Below are positions 30,780 through 38,741 of a DNA stretch of 38,741 nt, in pieces. This DNA is from Octopus bimaculoides (lineage: Eukaryota), in assembly GCF_001194135.2 (NCBI RefSeq), contig NC_068991.1:33444398-33483138 (forward strand), given 5' to 3'. Position numbers and translations under genes: made by a program. The notes under the pieces were generated by a model that saw only the letters and a list, made by a program, of their open reading frames with translations, was not told the origin of the DNA and did no database searches. Within the stretch, counting starts at the first letter, position 1. Each line of letters starts with the position of its first letter.

Positions 30780-32760
30780 AGCCCTGTACCATGTATTCAC
30801 TCTGTTTGCTTTGTCACAAACCGTCTATACTCTTCCAGTCTTTACTTCTGTATCTAGGATGGATTCTACTGGCATAATTACATTTGATGTTATATAATTT
30901 CTTTCTACCTTTCCTGTATACATGAATCCTCTCTTTCTGGTCATATCCAGGAATTGCATGCAGTGCATGAAGTTCTTTACATGTTTCCTTGTTTCATTGA
31001 GTTTGTATAGTGGGGACACCTACTAAGTCTGCTATTAGTATGCTAATTTTCAAATTGTGTGACAAGGCTGACTTCTTGTGAACAACGTATTTAGAAGCTA
31101 TGGGTTTCGTGTAATAAGAGTGGAGGAGCTGCACTCTGTTGTTTACAGTATCTAACTAAAGTTCAGTATCAAGGACTAGGAGTCTATTGTTAGGGTGCCT
31201 AGTGGGGTAATCTATAGTTACTGTGGTACTTCGGTCGATGGATTTAGCTATGTGCTGGATGCTCTCCATTATACTCCTCCCGGTTTCTTTGTTACAGTCA
31301 CATGGGGTTGTTCTAACTAGAATATCATCTACAAACCTACAGTAAAGCAATTCTCTTATAGATTGTTCAGCTCAGGATTGTTTGAGTTTTCCATCCCACC
31401 AGGTCATAAAGAGGCTGACCACATCCCCAACCGCATCAACACTGATGGCTGCTCCCTGATCCTGCATATATAGTTTCTTGTCAATCTTCACTATGTGGTT
31501 CTTTAAGGTGGTTTTTGCACTAGCTTTTATAGCATGCACAATCGTTCTTTTCACCTGATTGTCATTCTCAGGGTCCTGGGTGGATATGGTTCAGCTACTT
31601 CAGCGCTTTGTGGTGCTCTTTTTTGTTACTGAGATGATGGTGAGTGGGCTTCCTCTTTCAGACATGGGACAGAAACTCCTTAGGTCATGCTTGTCTAGGT
31701 AGTTATGGTCATAGGTTAGTTTAGAAGGCCCAGTTCTCTCATGTTGTTATAGTTGATGACATTGCTGCTGGTGTTGTTATCATCATTGTTGATGTTATTA
31801 TTGTTGTTGTTGTTGTAGTTGTGAGTATTGGGGTTGTGGAGGTTTTGGATATCAATAGTGCTGTTGGTGTTGAAGGTGATGGTGGCAGTGTGGGTGATGT
31901 TGTGGTTATTGTTGTTGGCATGGGGAATGTTGTGGTTATCATTGTTATTGTCATTGTTGTTGTCATTATCATTGCCATTGTTGTTATTCTTTTGGTTTTG
32001 AATGTTTATGTTGCCCTAATCTCCATCTTATTTTGAAGAATGTTTTTTCACTTTCAGGCAGACAATCAATTTTGTTGACCTTCTTATATGTAGCGAATTT
32101 CGGTGGTAGCTCTATGTTATACATTTCATTTGCATCTAGTTTTACTGTGTCGTATATTCCAGGGGTATAGTTGTTGTTGGTGGTGGTGGTATTGTTTTTC
32201 TGTGTACCATCATCGAAGTCCTCTGGTAGTTTACACTCCGATATGACATTCCTGTCGATATTGTTCGGGTTTCTGTGTTGATTCTTACCATTCTGTGATT
32301 GTTGTTGCTGTTTCTTCCACTTGAGTTTGTTGTTAAAGTGTCTGTTGCAGGCATGGTTTACTTGGCAGTATTCTTGTTGGATGAGTTCCATGAATCTGTC
32401 TCTTGTTGGATGAGTTCTATGAATCTCTTTCCTGTGGTGTGGTGCTGTTTTTCAGTTCACGCAGTAGGATCCCCTTTTGTTTCTGGTGCTGGTTGATTTC
32501 TGTGTATATTTTCTTTTTGATGTTTAGTAACATCATGTGTTTTAGTTTTCTTGCTTGGTGTTCTGTGAGTCCGAGCCACTTAACAGCCGAATTAATTGAT
32601 TTTGCATATAGCCTGGAGGAAATGCATACATTAACAAAGTGGAGCTGTTGGATGGCTATCTTGATTTTTAGGCAGCAGAACACAGTGTCCTTCAACATCT
32701 TACTAGCTTGGCTAGAGCTTATTCAATTTCATTTTTGTATCTGGTTTGCAAGATTCTTTA
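30780..32760 (-). pseudogene. Penelope-like element N-terminus and RT (decayed, deleted)
   Basis: LPPKFATYKKV...EKTFFKIRW, KLYMQDQGAAI, YCRFVDDILV and DYPTRHPNNRLLVLD, all in PLE RT order. Confidence 0.8.
31740..31990. repeat. (TTG/TGA)-rich trinucleotide low-complexity tract within the PLE
   Basis: Runs such as TTGTTGTTGTTG and GTTGTTATCATTG. It reads as Asn- or Thr-rich on the minus strand. Confidence 0.85.
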
Positions 32761-32949
32761 TGTGAATTTGTGTGTTGAAACAAATTTTTTTGTGTCTAGG
32801 TAGAATCATCATGCCAATATAATTAACACACACACTGGTCCAATTCCACCCATTTATTAAATATGTAATTGTTTTGTTTTTGTTTGTCAAAGCTTTTTTG
32901 TTGCTTTTTGCAACTTTCTCAGTGACTATTTACTTAGTCTGTTATAGAG

Positions 32950-33420
32950 GCTGTATTTGTTTGTTTGAGATTTTGTTGCATGTATGTGTGTGCCTGTCAG
33001 CTTGTGTATGTATGGATGTATTCTGCATATTCATGTGTTTATGTGTGCCCATGCTTGTGTGTTTGTGTGTGTACTTCTGCTTCCTTGTGTATGTGTGTTT
33101 GAGTGTGTGTATGAGTTTGTGTGACTATGCACGTGTGCCTGTTGTGTATACATGTGTTTATGTGTCTTTGTAGATATGCATGTATGTGGAGTATGTGCAT
33201 ATATGTAGTCATGTGTTTCTATCTCCTTATGTATGTGTGTGTGCTTGTCTGTCCATATTACCTATGTACCTACCTACTTACCTATACATCTCTCTATTTA
33301 CCTGTCTGTCTGTTTACCTACTTGAGTGGTTACTTACAAATGTATCTATGTATGTATACTCTGTAGGTGGTATCTGTGGCATTGGAGTATCTCTACTTTT
33401 TACATGTATTTTCTATTTAG
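32950..33420. repeat. (TG/TA)-rich degenerate microsatellite
   Basis: Runs of TGTATGTG. A similar tract lies at 37880-38140. Confidence 0.8.
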
Positions 33421-33524
33421 TATGGGTAATGTTTCAGTTATGAGGACATACTCTAGTATTTGTCTAAGTGAGGGGTCTTTTGGGTACTTGGACAAAATGT
33501 AGGTGTCAATTCAGCCCAGTGTTC

Positions 33525-33830
33525 CACCATGTTAGTCTCTGGCATGTTTATATGGTATAGAGGACTGTTTCTTGTCACTATATTCTCTCCAGTGCTCATT
33601 CAGTCTCTTTGCTATACTCCTCGTAGTTTTCCAAATGCATGCTGTATTTCTATCCTTACACACTCCTATGTACCTTACGCTGTAGACTACATTTCTAGTT
33701 TTACAGTTAATATCTGGGTTAATCATATATACTATCCAGTTCTCATTAGTGCATGTCATATTTTCAGAGGGTTTATGTCCTATATAACTATGATCTGATG
33801 GAGCCCCCTGGTTTCTCAATGATCTTAATG
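33525..33830 (-). pseudogene. PLE GIY-YIG endonuclease fragment
   Basis: NCKTRNVVYSV...C...KTTRSIAKRLNEH...SSIPYKH. Confidence 0.82.
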
Positions 33831-33949
33831 TTGAGATGCAAATAAGGATGATAGCCAGATAGCCTATTTGCAAATAAGGAAATTTTCAATAAGAATGCAC
33901 CCTTCTATAATGCCACTTTAGCCACCGCTGGTCACAGGACTAAAATTCA

Positions 33950-35070
33950 ATACACATCTAAAAATAACATAGGCAATTCTGAGAACAATGTCACCAAAAA
34001 CAATACACGCCACACAACACCAAACAAGCTACCTAATGGGACCAACTCAAATCATGGAAATAAACCAACTAATGAGAGAAACGAGATTACTAGAGACATA
34101 CACCACAATATTACAGCAAAATACAACAGATCAAATAGTCACGATACCATACCTTACACTAAAACAAATAAACCTAACAACAAATATAAGAAACAAGATG
34201 TCTTCTGGTACAACCCAATCTAGGGATCACATGTCTTATCAAGGATCACAAAGGAGTTCTTTGCAGCACTAGATCGATGCTTCTTGAAATCTAATAAGTA
34301 TAGTAAAATATTTAATTGGCACACAGTCAAGGTGTCATATGCCAATTCATCCAACTTAGAGCACCATATATGTATGATAAACAATAGGAAATTAAATCAG
34401 CGGTCAAGCAACCTAAACAACAGGCCACCAACCATGGGTGGAGGTCTGTCTAGGAGCTCGATAAACGACAATAACAATAACCATTTAACCCATAATAGTC
34501 ATGACAACACGACAAACAATACCAACAAACCACGGAAAAATAACAAGAACAAGTGAGCTAGCAGTAAAACCAGACCTAAAACAGGGATGAAAGCTACGGG
34601 TGGTACACACATAAAAATGACAGTCAATAACAAATGCTCATGCTGGGACAAAACTAAATGCCCTTTGCAGATCCTCTGAATGTGTTGGAATGTAATGTAA
34701 AAATGCACTGTGAACATCAGAGGAGCCCCATATGTGTATATTGGCAGATCTGCTGATATTTTCAAAAATAGATATAGAAACCACATCACCAGCTTCAAAA
34801 ATGCTAACAAAAGACACTCAACATCACTGGCCGATTTCATCTGGAAACTAAAAGATGGGAAGGTTAGATATGACTTAACTTCGTCAATAGTAAGACATGC
34901 AAGTCCATACAACATCCTTTCCAGGAAATGCCAACTATGTTCTAAGGAATTGTTCATACTGTTGACTAAGGATAGGATTATTAATAGATTTTCAGAGAGA
35001 TTGGTAAGGTGTTTGCACACAAACAAGCATACATTTTCACAGTACAATAGAAATAGGATATAAGGTTTAC
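33950..35070 (+). pseudogene. Penelope-like element 3' half (post-RT linker plus GIY-YIG)
   Basis: VFWYNP, KIFNWHTVKVSY, CSCWDKTKCPL, YVYIGRSADIFKNRYRNHITSF...LADFIWKLK and KCQLC...INRFSE...C.H. Confidence 0.88.
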
Positions 35071-35286
35071 ACATTAACTACAGAAAACACAACAGTTAGA
35101 TAATCTAAACACCCACCACCAAGCAAAAACATCCCGCAAGACAACCTTGGAACCTACTCCACTGAATAACCTGATGGGTCTGCTATGCCATGTAAAGTGA
35201 ACATTAATACTGACTGTACACTGTCCTGATTACATATAGTTTTGTCCTTGCAAACTGAGTTAGAAACAAAGAAAGAATATACCAAT

Positions 35287-36630
35287 CATTATCATCATCA
35301 TCATCGTTTAACGTCCGCTTTCCATGCTAGCATGGGTTGGACGATTTGACTGAGGACTGGTGAAACCGGATGGCAACACCAGGCTCCAATCTAATCTGGC
35401 AGAGTTTCTACAGCTGGATGCCCTTCCTAACGCCAACCACTCAGAGAGTGTAGTGGGTGCTTTTACGTGTCACCCGCACGAAGGCCAGTCAGGCGGTACT
35501 GGCAACGGCCACACTCAAAATGGTGTATTTTATGTGCCACCCGCACAAGAGCCAGTCCAGGGGCACTGGCAACGATTTCGCTCGAAAATCATACGAAGGC
35601 CAGTCAGGCGGTACTGGCAATGGCCACGCTCAAAATGATGCATCTTATGTGCCAACCGCACAAGAGCCAGTCCAGGAGCACTGGCAACGATCTCACTTGG
35701 CTTGCCGGGTCTTCTCACGCACAGCACATTTCCAAAGGTCTCGGTCAGTAGTCATTGCCTCGGTGAGGCCCAATGTTCGAAGGTCTTGCCTCACCACCTC
35801 AGCCCAGGTCTTCCTGNNNNNNNNNNNNNNNNNNNNNNNNNNNNNNNNNNNNNNNNNNNNNNNNNNNNNNNNNNNNNNNNNNNNNNNNNNNNNNNNNNNN
35901 NNNNNNNNNNNNNNNNNNNNNNNNNNNNNNNNNNNNNNNNNNNNNNNNNNNNNNNNNNNNNNNNNNNNNNNNNNNNNNNNNNNNNNNNNNNNNNNNNNNN
36001 NNNNNNNNNNNNNNNNNNNNNNNNNNNNNNNNNNNNNNNNNNNNNNNNNNNNNNNNNNNNNNNNNNNNNNNNNNNNNNNNNNNNNNNNNNNNNNNNNNNN
36101 NNNNNNNNNNNNNNNNNNNNNNNNNNNNNNNNNNNNNNNNNNNNNNNNNNNNNNNNNNNNNNNNNNNNNNNNNNNNNNNNNNNNNNNNNNNNNNNNNNNN
36201 NNNNNNNNNNNNNNNNNNNNNNNNNNNNNNNNNNNNNNNNNNNNNNNNNNNNNNNNNNNNNNNNNNNNNNNNNNNNNNNNNNNNNNNNNNNNNNNNNNNN
36301 NNNNNNNNNNNNNNATGTGTCCATAGCTTGCACCGGGTACATCTTATAGAGTTATTACCTACTCCTTTTATACATACTGAGCAGGGCCATCTACCTGAAG
36401 GGGTTTGTGTTTTATCTACCTTCCTACTTATTAAGGATTTTGGTTTTAGCTAGGTTGACTCTAAGGCTCTTCGATTCTAGTCCTTGCTTCCACACCTGAA
36501 ACTTCTCCTCTAGTTCTGATAGTAACTCAGCAATTAGTGCAAGGTCATCAGCATAGAGGAGCTCCCAGGGGCAACCTGTCTTGAATTCCTCTGTGATTGC
36601 CTGGAGGACTATGATAAATAGGAGGGGGCT
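35287..36630 (-). mobile_element. 5'-truncated RTE LINE, same family as 28438-30517
   Basis: (CAT)n tail at 35287-35305, 3' UTR and ORF2 end, then after the gap RT sequence matching 29008-29330. Truncated at about 36630. Confidence 0.9.
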
Positions 36631-37118
36631 TGCATAAAAAAATGGCTAACTCCCCACCACGGTATGATATGTGTAATATATTATATGTTGTAAGTTGTAT
36701 GTTATTGTGCCTGCGAATGTTATAAGTTATAGACAGCTCACCCCAATGTATGTACATCCTTATATTTCCATTTTATACAATATGTATTGTGATTATTGTC
36801 TGCTTATATATGTAACCATGGGAGTGAGTCTGTGTGACACTGACATATATTAATGTGAAAATACAGCTATGTACATGCATGTATAAATATATTTATATAT
36901 TTGTATGGGTCCGTGCATGGAAGAGTAAATAAATATTTAGATACACTCCAGGAGATGCAACTACACACCTGAAAGATAGATATTTACATGTAGGCCCCTG
37001 TGTGCAGATAGATATATAGATGCACAGAGATAAATGAATATGAATGGGTCTATGTGCATATGTAGATACTTAAATACGGGACTCTGTATGTGAATATAAT
37101 ATAGACACACACACTTAT

Positions 37119-37870
37119 ATCATCATTATCGTCATTTAACATCCGCTTTCCATGCAGGCATGGGTTAGACAGTTTGACTGAGAACTGGCGAGCCAGAAGG
37201 CTGCACCAGGCTCCAATCTGATCGTGCAAAATTTCTACAGCTGGATGCCCTTCCTAACGCTAACCACTCTGAGAGTGTAGTTGGTGCTTTTATATACCAC
37301 CAGCATGAGGGCCAGTCAGGGGGTACTGGCAACGACCATGCTCAAATGGTGTATTTTATGTGCCACCTGCACAGGAGCCAGTCCAGCGGCACTGGCAATG
37401 ACCATGCTCGAATGCTGTTTTCCACGTGCCTCTGGCACAGGTGCTAGTGAGGCAACGTTGGCAACGACCATGCTTGAATGGTGCTCTTTATATGTCACTG
37501 GCACGGNNNNNNNNNNTCCTAACGCTAACCACTCTGAGAGTGTAGTTGGTGCTTTTATATACCACCAGCATGAGGGCCAGTCAGGGGGTACTGGCAACGA
37601 CCATGCTCAAATGGTGTATTTTATGTGCCACCTGCACAGGAGCCAGTCCAGCGGCACTGGCAATGACCATGCTCGAATGCTGTTTTCCACGTGCCTCTGG
37701 CACAGGTGCTAGTGAGGCAACGTTGGCAACGACCATGCTTGAATGGTGCTCTTTATATGTCACTGGCACGGGAGCCAGTCAGTGGCCCTGGCAACGATCA
37801 TTCTCAGATGGTGCTTTGAATGTTCCACTGGCACAGGTGCCAATCAGGCGGTACTGTCATCAGTCACGTC
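37119..37870 (-). mobile_element. RTE 3' UTR-only copy with internal ~58-bp repeats
   Basis: CATCATTATCGTCATTTAACATCCGCTTTCCATGC start and repeated GGCAC(A/G)GGAGCCAGTC...GGCAACGA units. Includes an apparent assembly duplication. Confidence 0.8.
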
Positions 37871-38696
37871 TGTGATTTTGATTTTGATTTTATGTATGTA
37901 TATGGAGATATGTATATGTACATGTGTCTGTATGTATGTAAATATGTATGTGTTTGGCATGTGTCAACACACCACTAAATACATGTTTGTGTGTGCATCT
38001 ATGTATATACACAAATACATGGGTACATGTGAGTGTGAATTCTGGTGAGTTTGATGTGTGTCAACCCACCGCCAAGTACATGTATGTGAATGCATCTATG
38101 TATATATACAAATATCTCTGTATGTGTGAGTGTGCCCATCAAATCATTCCCCTAACACACCAGCTCAGTCATCCATAAGTGACTGTAGATTCTGCTACAC
38201 AGCAAGGAGTCAGATACCACTTATCTATGAACATTATGGTTGTTTCTGGCCATTTTAAATGACTTCCCATTGGTGACACAAGTGAGTATGTGTACATCTA
38301 TATATGTGTTCATGTCTACAAATGTATACACATCCTTCTCCTTTTTAACTTTCAGGTCTTATCATTTGACAGGTTTTACTTTCTATCCTATATTATAAAA
38401 ATTTAATTTATATGTAGCCAGACCCATCTTCAGGTTAGAACCCCAGAATTATTCTACTTTCCACCAGTGTACCCACATACTATGAGAGAGTATAGTATGT
38501 CTAGAGGAACTCAGTATATGTAGCAGGGTATCTTTTAGACTGAACATCTGAGGTGACAGACTGCACCTATTGGTGCAACATAACTAGATGCACAATATCC
38601 TACCTGTAAGGAACAGGTGCAGGATGGGTTAAAACAATCATTGCATTGAATAAAGATTTGTACCAAATCCATTTTCCATTTCCCTTATCACTTATA

Positions 38697-38741
<45 letters not shown>
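38697..38741. repeat. (TA)n microsatellite
   Basis: Perfect TA run to the end of the window. Confidence 0.95.

Noticed and set aside
32874-33443. ORFs rich in C, V, M and Y
   Set aside because: They are translations of (TG/TA) microsatellite. The same applies to the ORFs at 621-912, 2792-3178 and 37743-38178.
34556-34600. CTAGCAGTAAAACC resembling the Helitron 3' ends at 8446 and 9191
   Set aside because: It lies within PLE coding sequence, is not preceded by A and lacks a convincing hairpin, so it is treated as chance.
37252-37771. Perfect 255-bp tandem duplication (37252-37506 = 37517-37771)
   Set aside because: The copies are identical and separated by a 10-N gap, so this is most likely unmerged contig overlap (an assembly artefact).
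38400-38650. CTGAAGATG on the minus strand and several small hairpins before the terminal (TA)n
   Set aside because: It resembles the architecture of the hammerhead elements, but I could not place GAAA and the three stems in register, and I saw no alignable downstream domain.
1-38741. Host gene exons, CRISPR arrays, rRNA or bona fide tRNA genes
   Set aside because: All recognisable ORFs are TE-derived. The tRNA-like boxes belong to SINE heads. There is no repeat-spacer array.

Overview
Eukaryotic, AT-rich, almost entirely repeat-derived DNA with many N gaps. The SINE, RTE and Helitron families and the (CA)n/(TA)n content look like an octopus (cephalopod) genome; that assignment is an inference. 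I found no host protein-coding gene. The window is a nested graveyard of transposable elements. It holds a D,D34D mariner with one in-frame stop, a Helitron helicase remnant and several non-autonomous Helitrons, one of them complete and carrying a TTAGGG-like array. It also holds a Ty3/Gypsy element, a GalEa-like Ty1/Copia element with an in-frame IN-RT deletion, two RTE LINE lineages (one with a PHD-type finger inside ORF2), tRNA-derived SINEs, several MITEs and at least five Penelope-like (PLE) fragments. The most interesting signal, which the ORF track does not show, is a pair of diverged, collinear ~350-nt non-coding elements (about 1090-1445 and 3341-3721). Each folds into a type I hammerhead ribozyme with a non-canonical core (A at position 8; U3:A8 in one copy) and is followed by a shared structured domain. 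An inverted partial third copy lies at 3317-3341. Together they suggest a retrozyme-like, self-cleaving RNA family. All folds were paired by eye, and none of this was computed or searched.
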